A stretch of 64,000 bases of DNA, taken from an uncultured Chloroflexia bacterium. Its GTDB lineage: Bacteria; Chloroflexota; Dehalococcoidia; DSTF01; JALHUB01. The position numbers were made by a program, and so were the translations under genes. The notes under the pieces were generated by a model. It ran no database searches, was not told the origin of the DNA, and worked only from the letters and a program-made list of their open reading frames with translations. Of this stretch, positions 1 to 9,058 are shown in pieces. The DNA is taken from the NCBI GenBank assembly GCA_963835655.1, contig CAWIGJ010000003.1, positions 1,011,380 through 1,075,379 of the forward strand. Direction: 5' to 3'. Every line of letters begins with the position of its first letter. Position 1 is the first letter of the stretch.

Positions 1-1063
1 GACGCACCATGCCCTTCAGTTCCAGCATCGCCAGAGTGCTGCTGACGGTCGCTATCGGCAAGCCCGACTCCCGGCGCACCTCGTCGATATGCACCGGCTG
101 CGACGACAGATGACGCAGCAGCAGCGCCTCCGTCTCGTCAGCCGGAACCAGCTCTTTCATCTCCATCTGCGTCGACACCATGGTCAGATTCAGTTCTTCC
201 AGGATGTCCTCTACTTTCGAAACTAGCTTCGCTTCGCCGTCCTGGATCAGCTTGTTGGGCCCGCGGAACGTCGGCGCATAGATGCTCCCCGGCACGGCGA
301 ATACGTCGCGGTTTTGCTCCAGCGCTAGGTGAGCCGTGATCATAGCGCCGCTCTTCAGGTCGCCCTCGATCATCAGCACGCCCAGGCTGACGCCGCTCAT
401 GATGCGATTGCGCCGCGGGAAGAACTCGCTTCGCGGCTGCGTGCCCAGGGGGTAATCGGAGATGAGCGCCCCGTGCTCCGTTATCTCCTGCGCCAGCTTC
501 ACGTGCTCCGGCGGATAGACCATGTCCAGCCCGCAGGCCAGCACGGCAATCGTCCTGCCGCCGGCGGCCAGGGCCGAGCGGTGCGCGACGGCGTCGATTC
601 CTCGCGCCAGACCGCTAACCACCGTCACGTTATTGCGAGCGAGATCGGTCGAGAACTGCTCGACGACCTGGCGTCCATAAGGCGTCGCTCGCCGCGTCCC
701 GATGACCGCGACCGCCCATTCGTCGGCGCTCTCCAGCTGCCCGCGGATGTAGAGGACCGGCGGCAGGTCGTATATCTCCTTCAGCTTTGGCGGATAGGAT
801 GGATGATTCCAGGTGATCGCGTCGACGTGCGCCCGTTGCAGGCTCTCCAGCTCCGCATCCGGCGACACTTCCGGCCGCGCCGCGACGATGGCGTTGATGG
901 ACGCGGGGTCAAGTCCTGCGGCACGAAGCTCAGCCGCGGAGGCTGTCCAGGCGTTCTCCAGCCGCCCGAAGTGCTTCTCAAGTAGTGAGAAGCGCGCTCG
1001 CCCGATGCGTGGAATGTGTGTGAAAGCTATCCAGTACTTGAGGTCGTCGGTCTCGCTGTTCAT
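1..1063 (-). CDS. dprA: DNA processing protein DprA/Smf; the 3' end runs off the window
   Basis: Minus-strand translation gives a Rossmann-like DprA core (GLARGIDAVAHRSALAAGGRTIAVLACGLDMVYPPEH) and a C-terminal winged helix. The ATG is the reverse complement of 1061-1063. The ORF track misses it because it is truncated at the window edge. Confidence 0.8.
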   Translation of the reverse strand, partial: MNSETDDLKYWIAFTHIPRIGRARFSLLEKHFGRLENAWTASAAELRAAGLDPASINAIVAARPEVSPDAELESLQRAHVDAITWNHPSYPPKLKEIYDLPPVLYIRGQLESADEWAVAVIGTRRATPYGRQVVEQFSTDLARNNVTVVSGLARGIDAVAHRSALAAGGRTIAVLACGLDMVYPPEHVKLAQEITEHGALISDYPLGTQPRSEFFPRRNRIMSGVSLGVLMIEGDLKSGAMITAHLALEQNRDVFAVPGSIYAPTFRGPNKLIQDGEAKLVSKVEDILEELNLTMVSTQMEMKELVPADETEALLLRHLSSQPVHIDEVRRESGLPIATVSSTLAMLELKGMVR

Positions 1064-1102
1064 CGCCGCGCATTCTAGCACAGCGATTTCGGGGCTGACA
1101 AA

Positions 1103-2416
1103 CTAGGGAAGCTGTTTATTGTTCGCCCCGTTGCCGTTCGAAACTGGAGGCGGCAACTCCTTCTTCACCCGGATCTTCTTGATCCGGCGGCCCAGCACCG
1201 AGAGGACTTTCATGCGCAGCCCATCCGACTGCACCTCGTCGCCGGCCAGTGGGATTCGCCCCAACTCGTGATAGACGAAGCCGCCGACAGTGTCGAAGTC
1301 CTCCCCCTCGATGTTCAGCCCCAGAAGCTCGTTGAGGTCGTCGATGCTGACGCGCGCGTCGACAATCACCTCCGTCTCGTCGACCTTCTCAATTGTCGGC
1401 TCCTCGCGGTCGTACTCGTCTTCGATCTCGCCGACGATCTCCTCCAGCATGTCTTCGATGGTGACGATACCCGCTGTCCCACCGTACTCGTCGACCACGA
1501 TGGCCAGGTGGACCCGGTTCGCCCGCATGTCCGCCAGCAGCTCGTCCACGTGCTTCGATTCCGGAACGAAGAAGGGCGGGCGCGCTAGATCACGTAGGTT
1601 GGTAGCCGAGCGGTCGACGCCGTCTGCCGCCAGGTGTTTCATGATGTCTTTGGCGTACAGCACGCCGACGACGTTGTCTATCGTCTCCTCGAAGAGCGGC
1701 ACGCGGCTGTACCCTCGCTCCATGATGACCTGGATAACGTCATCCAGCGTGTCCTCTGTGCTCACGGCCACGACGTCGATGCGCGGCACCATGATCTCGT
1801 GCACGCTGGTCTCCTCCAGGTTGATGACGCCGCGGATCATCTGTCGCTCGGTCGGCTCCATCGTGCTCTCTTCCTCTTCCATTTCCATCAGCCTCACCAA
1901 TTCGTCGCTCTCCAGCGCCTCTTCGAAGGCTTCGCCGGAGAGGCCGCGAGCCCGCAGGACAATCCGGTCCGGCAATGAGGCAATCCAGGCTGGCACGGCG
2001 AAAACGAGCTTGAGGGCATTAGCAATAGGTGAAAGGCGCAACCCCCAGAACTCGGGCGCGCCGATCATCAGCATCTGAGGAATGGCCTGTAGCACGGCGA
2101 CCACCAAGAACGCGACGACGATGACGCCCGCCAGTCCCGCCCACTTGTGCCCGGTCTCACCGGTGATTAGGAACAGCGCGAAGGCGACGCCCGCGATCAC
2201 CGCCACGTCGCGCGCGAAGTCAAGCGCCCCGAGCAGACGGTGACGGTCGCGGAGGTAGCTCTGAAGGGCTTCGACCCGTGGTTCCCCTTTAGTGATGAGG
2301 GCATGCACGCGAGCCCGGTTGGCCCAGACAACACTCGCTTCGGCCGCCGTCACCAGCGCCATCAGCAGGATAGTGCCTACAAGCAACCCGAGGGCGACCC
2401 AGCTACTGTTGCTCAC
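1103..2416 (-). CDS. HlyC/CorC-family (CNNM) transporter with a DUF21 transmembrane domain, a CBS pair and a CorC_HlyC C-terminal domain
   Basis: 437 aa with four N-terminal TM helices, tandem CBS motifs and a C-terminal transporter-associated domain. Confidence 0.8.
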   Translation of the reverse strand: MSNSSWVALGLLVGTILLMALVTAAEASVVWANRARVHALITKGEPRVEALQSYLRDRHRLLGALDFARDVAVIAGVAFALFLITGETGHKWAGLAGVIVVAFLVVAVLQAIPQMLMIGAPEFWGLRLSPIANALKLVFAVPAWIASLPDRIVLRARGLSGEAFEEALESDELVRLMEMEEEESTMEPTERQMIRGVINLEETSVHEIMVPRIDVVAVSTEDTLDDVIQVIMERGYSRVPLFEETIDNVVGVLYAKDIMKHLAADGVDRSATNLRDLARPPFFVPESKHVDELLADMRANRVHLAIVVDEYGGTAGIVTIEDMLEEIVGEIEDEYDREEPTIEKVDETEVIVDARVSIDDLNELLGLNIEGEDFDTVGGFVYHELGRIPLAGDEVQSDGLRMKVLSVLGRRIKKIRVKKELPPPVSNGNGANNKQLP

Positions 2417-2618
2417 CGCCGCCTTCCTCTTCCGCTTCCTTCAGTCGCTCAATGCGGCGTCGGCGTTGCATCTCTGACGAAGTCACGATTGCGAGCGCGA
2501 GCAGTGTTCCCACCAGGAAGCCTAGCCATATCTGGCCTCGCTTAGTCAATGCCACGCTCCTTTCTGCGCCGAAGCCTGGCCGGCGCTCCGACCGCCAGCG
2601 TATTCGGAGGAACGTCAT
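2403..2618 (-). CDS. Small single-TM hypothetical protein (possible start TTG near 2549); its TM resembles CorC TM1
   Basis: The ORF overlaps the glmU stop. It contains a hydrophobic helix IWLGFLVGTLLALAIVTS similar to the WVALGLLVGTILLMALVTA helix of the downstream CorC. Confidence 0.25.
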   Translation of the reverse strand: MTFLRIRWRSERRPGFGAERSVALTKRGQIWLGFLVGTLLALAIVTSSEMQRRRRIERLKEAEEEGGGEQQ

Positions 2619-3935
2619 GGTTGACGATCGAGCCGGCCGCCGTTTGCGCCCCAGCGCCGACTTCGACCGGCGCGACGAGCATCGTGTCGCTGCCGATAAA
2701 GGCGCTGTCGCCGATGATGGTCCGGTGCTTGCTCACGCCGTCGAAGTTGCAGGTTATCGTGCCGGCGCCGATGTTCACCTCGTCGCCGACCTGCGCGTCG
2801 CCCACGTAGCTGAAGTGTCCCATCTTCGTGTTGCGCCCGATGCGCGAGTTCTTCACCTCAGCGAAGTTGCCGATGTGCACGCCGCTGCAGACGTACGCGC
2901 CGGCGCGTAGATGACTGAACGGCCCGACATCGATGTTGTCCTCCAGCGTCGACTCCTCGATGACCGACGAATCGACGCGGCAGCGAGAGCCGAGCGTAGA
3001 CTCGATAACCTGGCTGCTTGGCCCGATGACGCACTCCTCGCCGATGACCGACTTGCCGCCGAGATAGGTGTTCGGATAGACCGTTGTGTCCATGCCTATC
3101 GTCACATCGGCGTCGATATAAGTTGTTGCTGGGTCGACGATCGTAATGCCCGCCAGCATGTGACGCCGCCGGATGCGGTCTCGAAGCACCGCCTCGGCCT
3201 GTGCCAGTTGAATGCGGTCGTTGATGCCCAGCGCTTCCGCCGGGTCGCCAGCAGGCACGGCAAGGATGGTTGCGCCTTCGTCGACGCCAATGCTGACCAG
3301 GTCGGTCAGGTAGTACTCTCCGGCGGCGCTCCGCTGAATGCCCGGCAGGCGTGGCCAAAGCCATTCAGCGCGGAAGCAGTAGACGCCCGCGTTCACCTCG
3401 TTCCCCGCTAGTGTCGCCTCGTCAGCATCTGCCTCTTCGATGATTCCGCTCACTCGTCCCGAATCGTCGTGCTGTACGCGCCCCTGTCCGCGCGGATCGT
3501 CGACGAGAGCGGTCAGGAAGGTGAGGTCGGCCTTCGCCTCAAGGTGGCGTGTCATCAGAATCTTCGATTGTGCTTGCCGAGATGAGCGGGACATCCGCGT
3601 TGATGACGAGGATGTGTGCGCTGTCCTTCGCCGCGTCCATCGCCTGCGCGACGGCGTGCCCGGTGCCTAACTGCTCCGTTTGCTCCACCGGTCCGCACCG
3701 AGCCGTCGAGCGCGGCTGAGACGTGCGCCGCCTCATGCCCGACGACAACCACGTAGCGGGCCGGACGCTCGGCAGAGTCGAACGCGCTGCGGACGGCCGT
3801 TAGCACGTGCACCAGCATCGGCCGCCCGGCGAGCGAATGCAGTGCCTTCGGTTTCTTCGACCGCATGCGCTTGCCGAGGCCGGCTGCCAGAACAATCGCC
3901 GTCCAATCCTCTGCCATCAGCTCACCCTGCAACAA
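2542..3935 (-). pseudogene. glmU: glmU (bifunctional UDP-GlcNAc pyrophosphorylase / GlcN-1-P acetyltransferase) interrupted by two +1 frameshifts
   Basis: Three consecutive minus-strand ORFs in three different frames (3555-3935, 3539-3748, 2542-3594) together tile one colinear GlmU. They cover the N-terminal LAAGxGxRM motif, the EQLGTGHA motif and the C-terminal left-handed beta-helix hexapeptide repeats. Single-base indels at about 3686-3693 and 3551-3565 restore one frame. Confidence 0.75.
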
Positions 3936-3995
3936 AAAAGGCCGTCGTCACGCCCGAGACGTGCGCCAACCGGCCAACGTCGCCCGCCACAAAGC
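3936..3995 (-). terminator. Imperfect GC-rich hairpin followed by TTTTTTG immediately upstream of glmU and downstream of the small-membrane-protein operon
   Basis: The minus strand reads ggccgttggcgcacgtctcgggcgtgacgacggcc followed by ttttttgttg. Confidence 0.3.
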
Positions 3996-4196
3996 GGACA
4001 CCAGGTTTGTCGCTATTGTCGTTATCGTCCAGAGGGCCGTCTAACACCGGCTGGTGTAACCCCCGTTCATACGAATAGTATCGACGCTGTTCCGGCCCTG
4101 TCAAGATAGGGACTATTGAGGATGCGGCAGCGTCAGGAGTTGAGGCGCGACTACCGTTCCTCGCGGTTGACTACTCGCACGATGGGGACTTTCCTC

Positions 4197-4568
4197 CTAG
4201 CGCTTCCTCTGCGATTGACCGAAACGCCAGGCTGTCCGAAGGATCAGATTCTTCTCGAACGCCTCCTTCATCTGAGGGTTCTCAGCCATCTTCTTCTCGA
4301 CGAAATCCAGTCGCTTGTCGGTCAGCCAAGCTCCAAAGCACATCTGCAAAAACACAATGCACCCTAGCCCAATGGTCAGCAAGGCTGTGAACGGAACATC
4401 CTTCGAGTAGAACAGGGACACGAACCCTATGAAGAAAATGACCAGCGTGCCTATCCAGATAGAACGTACGCCTAATGAACGAAAGTGGATCCCATGCCAG
4501 AGCAGGAAAACCACAGACATAATCAGTGTAACGTCTGCCACCGCGAGAACTACAATTGCAGCCCACAT
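4197..4568 (-). CDS. Small multi-TM hypothetical protein (123 aa) in the low-GC islet
   Basis: Hydrophobic ORF with a GGGGAGG RBS upstream of the ATG. Local GC is about 50% against about 65% in the flanks. Confidence 0.55.
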   Translation of the reverse strand: MWAAIVVLAVADVTLIMSVVFLLWHGIHFRSLGVRSIWIGTLVIFFIGFVSLFYSKDVPFTALLTIGLGCIVFLQMCFGAWLTDKRLDFVEKKMAENPQMKEAFEKNLILRTAWRFGQSQRKR

Positions 4569-4584
4569 CGGCTAACCTCCCCTA

Positions 4585-4944
4585 TTATCGACCACATTTC
4601 CCCAGATCATGGCACAGTTGGTAAATGGCGGCCGCGCTTCCTATATTCGGCTCCGCTATTCTGTAGCCCATCTCGGCCCCCGCCTGCATGAGTGGCGTAA
4701 GGAAGCGGAACACGGCCATGCCAATCGCAATAGTGATGAGTCCCACCACCACGGTTGCAACAGAAAACTCAGGAAGGGTGTACGCGAGCCATGCGACGAG
4801 ACCTAGTAGGAAGCCAATTAATGTCGCCTTGTTCCGGGTGAGGCTCCGTCGGACTGCCCAGAGCACGAAGACCCACATCAAAACGTATGCGACCGCTGAC
4901 ACTGCTGCGATGCGAATTAGTACTTCAGACGTTGTTACACCCAA
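4585..4944 (-). CDS. Small multi-TM hypothetical protein (119 aa, TTG start)
   Basis: Hydrophobic ORF with a GGGAGG RBS before the TTG. It lies 17 nt upstream of the previous gene on the same strand. Confidence 0.5.
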   Translation of the reverse strand: MGVTTSEVLIRIAAVSAVAYVLMWVFVLWAVRRSLTRNKATLIGFLLGLVAWLAYTLPEFSVATVVVGLITIAIGMAVFRFLTPLMQAGAEMGYRIAEPNIGSAAAIYQLCHDLGKCGR

Positions 4945-5186
4945 CCTCCCTGGAGGAGATAATCTTCTCCGCTCGGCTCTTCTATTGGCCCCCGAATCCG
5001 ATGCACGCGTCTAGCCAACGCCGCAGTCTGGAAACTGTCTACGTGAGCACGGTTTCAGGTCAGGGCGCGTTCATGCTGCCGCCTTTTGGCTCGAGAGATC
5101 GCAGAACAAGAGAGTGACACTGGAGGCATCCACGCTAGGCTACCGAGCATTGCCGAAACGCAGACCCCGAACAGAGACCCGTCCCC

Positions 5187-5228
5187 TAGCAGGGCGGCGG
5201 GATTTGAACCCACGACCTGGCTGCAACC
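5187..5228 (-). other. tRNA 3'-half remnant (T-arm plus acceptor 3' strand, no D-arm or anticodon arm); candidate att-site relic
   Basis: The minus strand reads GGTTGCAGCCAGGTCGTGGGTTCAAATCCCGCCGCCCTGC. It folds as a T-stem GTGGG/CCCGC with a TTCAAAT loop and a 7-nt acceptor strand. No 5' half is found nearby. Confidence 0.45.
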
Positions 5229-5247
5229 TTTTCCGATTGCCCTGATG

Positions 5248-5421
5248 TCAGCAACGCCTCAACAGCCAAGCCGAACCAATCGCGAGTATGGCGACGAACC
5301 CTAGACTTATGGCAAGCGATAGCGGAGTCGCAACGCCAACAACTACCTGGAGGCCAATCATCCAGAAGCTGGCCCACGCCACGAGGAGGATCAGAAGCAC
5401 GCTTTTTCGAATCGAGAGCAT
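5248..5421 (-). CDS. Unannotated 57-aa two-TM protein (MLSIRKSVLLILLVAWASFWMIGLQVVVGVATPLSLAISLGFVAILAIGSAWLLRRC)
   Basis: Not in the ORF track because it is under 60 aa. It has a strong RBS GGAGGAGG 6 nt before the ATG, which overlaps the stop of the upstream gene. It sits in the same low-GC operon. Confidence 0.45.
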   Translation of the reverse strand: MLSIRKSVLLILLVAWASFWMIGLQVVVGVATPLSLAISLGFVAILAIGSAWLLRRC

Positions 5422-5431
5422 CTCCCTCCTC

Positions 5432-5770
5432 CTACCGAACCAGCGACGAAACGGCCTCGATCAGGATCGCTCCAACGACCATCAGAAGCACCGATCCAAC
5501 CGAAAAGAGGACAAAGAAGCGTGCGGCAAGACGCGTGGATTGCTGAATGCGCACATCCTTCTGCTCGTCCCCTGTCGTCCCAAAGCAAAAGTAGCCAACA
5601 GATGGAATCATCTTTGCCACTGCCCTGCGATATCGCTCGGGCGTAAGTGCGAGGCAAAGACGTAGTCCAGTGCGAGGAAACCATTCTGGTTCCCGGAACA
5701 TCATGATGAAGAACGCCGCCAGAGAACTGATGGCAACGAGAACCACTAGGGCTTGCGCGACTTCTTTCAA
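5432..5770 (-). CDS. Small multi-TM hypothetical protein (112 aa, TTG start)
   Basis: Hydrophobic ORF and first gene of the four-gene small-membrane-protein operon. Confidence 0.5.
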   Translation of the reverse strand: MKEVAQALVVLVAISSLAAFFIMMFREPEWFPRTGLRLCLALTPERYRRAVAKMIPSVGYFCFGTTGDEQKDVRIQQSTRLAARFFVLFSVGSVLLMVVGAILIEAVSSLVR

Positions 5771-5845
5771 GGCTCCCGCTCCCTATTCTCGGTGCGGATG
5801 AACAGGCGCAGTACTATCCACTAATCTTACCAATCTTGCTTAACT

Positions 5846-5875
5846 CGCATGAGGATAGCGCCACAATAAGATTAT
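5846..5875 (-). promoter_or_regulatory. Candidate sigma70-type promoter for the small-membrane-protein operon (TTGACA, 17 nt, TATTGT)
   Basis: The minus strand reads ttgacaaaggtctcccataatcttattgt about 80 nt upstream of the 5770 start. Confidence 0.25.
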
Positions 5876-6166
5876 GGGAGACCTTTGTCAAGGAATAAGA
5901 CTCGGAAGCAGAGCCGAGTCCTGAATGCTCGTAGTGCCACTACTATCTTAGACGTCGCCTCGAACTGTGCTTAAATGGGACATGCCTCGGACCGTTCCGC
6001 CGCCGCTCCAGCCTCCAAGACGCGTAGTGCGGGCATCCCTGGTCGCCGCAGGCGGCCTGCCCGCACCTGCTCTCTTCCTGCGCCCGGTCAGCGACAACGC
6101 ACGCTCCCGCTCACCCGCAACTCCGCCTTAGAGAGGGCTCTTTTTTTCTTGAATTCAAACAGACAA

Positions 6167-7717
6167 TCAGAGGGGAATGCTGCCGTGCTTTCGACGTGGC
6201 GTCGAGTCCGTCTTGCTGCGGAGCATCTCCAGCGCCCGCAGCACCTGCCAGCGCGTCTCTCGCGGGTCGATGACGTCATCGAGGTAACCGCGTTCCGCTG
6301 CCGCATACGGGCTCGCGAATCGCTCCTTGTACTCCTGCACCAGCTCCGTTCGCAACGCCTCTTTGTCTTCCGCCGACTGCAACTGGTTGCGGAAGATGAT
6401 GTTCACCGCCGCGTCCGGGCCCATGACGGCGATCTCGGCGCTTGGCCAGGCGAGGTTCACGTCGGCCCGCAGGTGCTTCGACCCCATAGCCAGGTAGGCG
6501 CCGCCGTACGCCTTACGTACTATGACCGTCACCTTCGGCACGCTCGCCTCGGCGTACGCGTAGACCAGCTTTGCGCCGTGAGTGATGATGCCGCCGAACT
6601 CCTGTGCCGTCCCCGGCAGGAAGCCCGGCACGTCGACCAGCGTCACGATGGGAATGTTGAACGCATCGCAGAAGCGCACGAAGCGGGCCGCCTTCCGCGA
6701 CGAGTCGATGTCGAGCACGCCTGCCAGGTATAGCGGCTGATTCGCGACGACGCCAACCGTCCTCCCTCCCATCCGGGCGAAGCCGACCACCACGTTCTGC
6801 GCGAAGTGCCGGTGCACCTCCATGAAGTCGCCGCCGTCGACGATACGGTAGACCACCTCCCGGATGTCGTACGGCTTCACCGGATCATCGGGGACGATGT
6901 TGAGCATGTCCTCGGCGCGACGGTGCGGATCGTCGCCGATCTCCAGGAAGGGCGCGTCGTCAACGTTATTCGACGGCAGGTACGACAGAAGGCGCCGGAC
7001 CTCGTGCAGACATTCCTCCTCGCCTTCAATAGCGAAGTGCGCGACACCGCTGCGGGTGGCCTGCGTCATCGCTCCGCCCAACTCTTCGTGTGTCACTTCC
7101 TCCTGCGTCACAGCCCTGATGACATCAGGGCCGGTGATGTACATCTGCGAGGTCTTCTGCACCATGAAGATGAAGTCGGTCATCGCGGGCGAATACACAG
7201 CGCCGCCAGCGCAGGGCCCCATAATGACCGATATCTGCGGCACAACGCCTGAAGCTAGCGAGTTGCGAAGAAAGATGTCGGCGTAACCAGCCAGGCTGGC
7301 AACGCCTTCCTGAATGCGGGCGCCGCCGGAGTCGTTCAGGCCGATGATGGGGCAGCCCGTCTTCACCGCCATGTCCATTACGCGGCAGATCCTCTCGCCG
7401 ACGACCTCCGACAGGGAGCCACCGAACACAGTGAAGTCCTGCGAGTAGACGAACACCTGCCGGTTGTCAATTCGTCCGTAGCCCGTCACGACGGCGTCGC
7501 CGTGGATTCGCTGACCGTCGGCGCCGAACTCGCTCGATCGGTGGACGACCAGACCCTCAAGTTCGGTGAAGCTGCCTTCGTCCAGGAGAATGTCCAACCG
7601 CTCGCGGGCCGTGAGTTTGCCTCGGCTGTGCTGCGCCTCGATGCGTCGCTGTCCGCCACCCTGACGGGCGTCTTCCTTCAGCCTGCGCAGTCGCTCCAGC
7701 TTGTCTCCAACCGACAT
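6167..7717 (-). CDS. Acyl-CoA carboxylase carboxyltransferase beta subunit (propionyl-CoA carboxylase beta / methylmalonyl-CoA carboxyltransferase family)
   Basis: 516 aa with both carboxyltransferase N and C halves. The hallmark motifs are recognisable by eye. No alpha (biotin carboxylase) subunit gene is adjacent. Confidence 0.85.
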   Translation of the reverse strand: MSVGDKLERLRRLKEDARQGGGQRRIEAQHSRGKLTARERLDILLDEGSFTELEGLVVHRSSEFGADGQRIHGDAVVTGYGRIDNRQVFVYSQDFTVFGGSLSEVVGERICRVMDMAVKTGCPIIGLNDSGGARIQEGVASLAGYADIFLRNSLASGVVPQISVIMGPCAGGAVYSPAMTDFIFMVQKTSQMYITGPDVIRAVTQEEVTHEELGGAMTQATRSGVAHFAIEGEEECLHEVRRLLSYLPSNNVDDAPFLEIGDDPHRRAEDMLNIVPDDPVKPYDIREVVYRIVDGGDFMEVHRHFAQNVVVGFARMGGRTVGVVANQPLYLAGVLDIDSSRKAARFVRFCDAFNIPIVTLVDVPGFLPGTAQEFGGIITHGAKLVYAYAEASVPKVTVIVRKAYGGAYLAMGSKHLRADVNLAWPSAEIAVMGPDAAVNIIFRNQLQSAEDKEALRTELVQEYKERFASPYAAAERGYLDDVIDPRETRWQVLRALEMLRSKTDSTPRRKHGSIPL

Positions 7718-7754
7718 GTCATCCGTCTCCTAACAGATGGAAGTGAAGCCGCCG

Positions 7755-8402
7755 CTATTCAGGAGTAGGGGTTTCCTCCGGCGTTGACGTCGCCTCGGGC
7801 TGTTCGCTTCCCGACGCCGGTATTACAAGCACCTGTCCGACCGATAGGCTCCGGAGGTCGTCGACGGTCATGTTGTTTGCCGCCGCCAGCTCGTCGAGGG
7901 TGATGCCGAAGCGGACGGCAATGTCGTCGGCCGTGTCACCGGATTGCACCGTGTACTCCGTCTGGCCGCTCCTCGGCGTCGCCTGCGATGATGGCGTCGA
8001 TTCCCCCGTTGCTTCCCGTGTGGGTGTCGTCTGTGGCCTCGGCGTCGCCGTTGCTGCCGTGACGGTCTTGCCGGGCACGCGCAGCACCTGCCCAACGAAG
8101 AGGTCGCTGCTGGTCAAGTTGTTCAACGCATTTAGCTCGTCTACCGTCGTCCCCAGCTTCTCGGCGATGCTCGATAGGGTGTCGCCGGACTCGACGGTGT
8201 AGGTGTCGCCTTGAGGTGTGACGGGACGCGCCGTGGGCAGTCCTTCGATCATTGTCGGGTCCGGTAAATTGGCGGGAAGAGTGGCTGTCGGCACCTTGCC
8301 TGGGTTGCCGCGAGAGTATGACGCGGGCTTTCCCCCACAGGCCTCCAGCATCAACACTGAGACAAGGAGGGACAGCGCAACGAGGGTCGCAAGCGGCTTC
8401 AT
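7755..8402 (-). CDS. Lipoprotein with two LysM peptidoglycan-binding domains
   Basis: Signal peptide with a lipobox (LMLEAC). Two repeats of YTVxSGDTLxxIAxxxG...L...N fit LysM. Confidence 0.8.
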   Translation of the reverse strand: MKPLATLVALSLLVSVLMLEACGGKPASYSRGNPGKVPTATLPANLPDPTMIEGLPTARPVTPQGDTYTVESGDTLSSIAEKLGTTVDELNALNNLTSSDLFVGQVLRVPGKTVTAATATPRPQTTPTREATGESTPSSQATPRSGQTEYTVQSGDTADDIAVRFGITLDELAAANNMTVDDLRSLSVGQVLVIPASGSEQPEATSTPEETPTPE

Positions 8403-8500
8403 ATTGCCTCCGGTTCGGCTAAACAGCGTACTACAGGCGCGTAAGCAGCGACAAGGGCCCGGGTCGAACGGATGCGTTCAGCGAGGTTCGCGAGTGATAG

Positions 8501-8905
8501 TTAGCGGGTGTGGCTGTGCTTCTTGAACCAACCCTGGAGCTTGTCCACGAAACTCGGCCCTGAGAGGTCGACGACCTGGCCGCGCCACCGCTTGTCCGGC
8601 CGCCGCCGGTGGATGACGAAGGACAAGCCGATCGTCAGTCCGAGAAGGGCGAGGCCGGCAATCATGGCGTACTGCCCAATTGGGCTCGAGCGGAAGACGA
8701 ACGCCATGAACACAAGGATCAGCGAGATTACGAGCAGATACCCCAGCGAGGCATGCGTGAGCAGCGCACCGAGGCGGGCCATGAAGGCATGGACGGCCGA
8801 GCCGACCCTCGTGCGTAAGCCGCTGCGCGACTTCTCCTCAGGAATGAAGTCGTCCAGCCGGTCAAGGATTTCTTCGATCTCGCGCTGGAGTTGGTCCGCC
8901 ATCAT
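8501..8905 (-). CDS. Hypothetical membrane protein (134 aa)
   Basis: ORF with two predicted TM helices. No recognisable domain. Confidence 0.45.
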   Translation of the reverse strand: MMADQLQREIEEILDRLDDFIPEEKSRSGLRTRVGSAVHAFMARLGALLTHASLGYLLVISLILVFMAFVFRSSPIGQYAMIAGLALLGLTIGLSFVIHRRRPDKRWRGQVVDLSGPSFVDKLQGWFKKHSHTR

Positions 8906-9058
8906 CCCTTCCCGGAGAGCTCATGCGCGCTCTTCCCACAACCATTTTACACGCTCTGAATAGGGGAGTGGCAAAGCCAAGAGGAGATTTCACGAATCCT
9001 GCACGTTTTGGGGCGTTCGGAATCACAAGGAAGACGCTAAACAAAGCGTAGAAGGGCT

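Noticed and set aside
329-985. Plus-strand 218-aa ORF (and 813-1106, 781-981) overlapping dprA
   Set aside because: Arg/Ala-rich, low-complexity translation typical of the antisense frame in high-GC DNA. The opposite strand encodes a clear DprA.
1290-2078. Plus-strand 262-aa Ser-rich ORF opposite corC
   Set aside because: Antisense-frame artefact. The minus strand has coherent CNNM/CBS domains.
3936-4196. Possible glmS-type ribozyme or riboswitch upstream of glmU
   Set aside because: The glmS ribozyme regulates glmS, not glmU. No conserved core was seen. The region more likely holds a terminator hairpin plus the glmU promoter.
5975-6733. Plus-strand 252-aa ORF
   Set aside because: It lies antisense to the well-supported acyl-CoA carboxylase gene and partly in its 3' flank. 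No motifs. High-GC frame noise.
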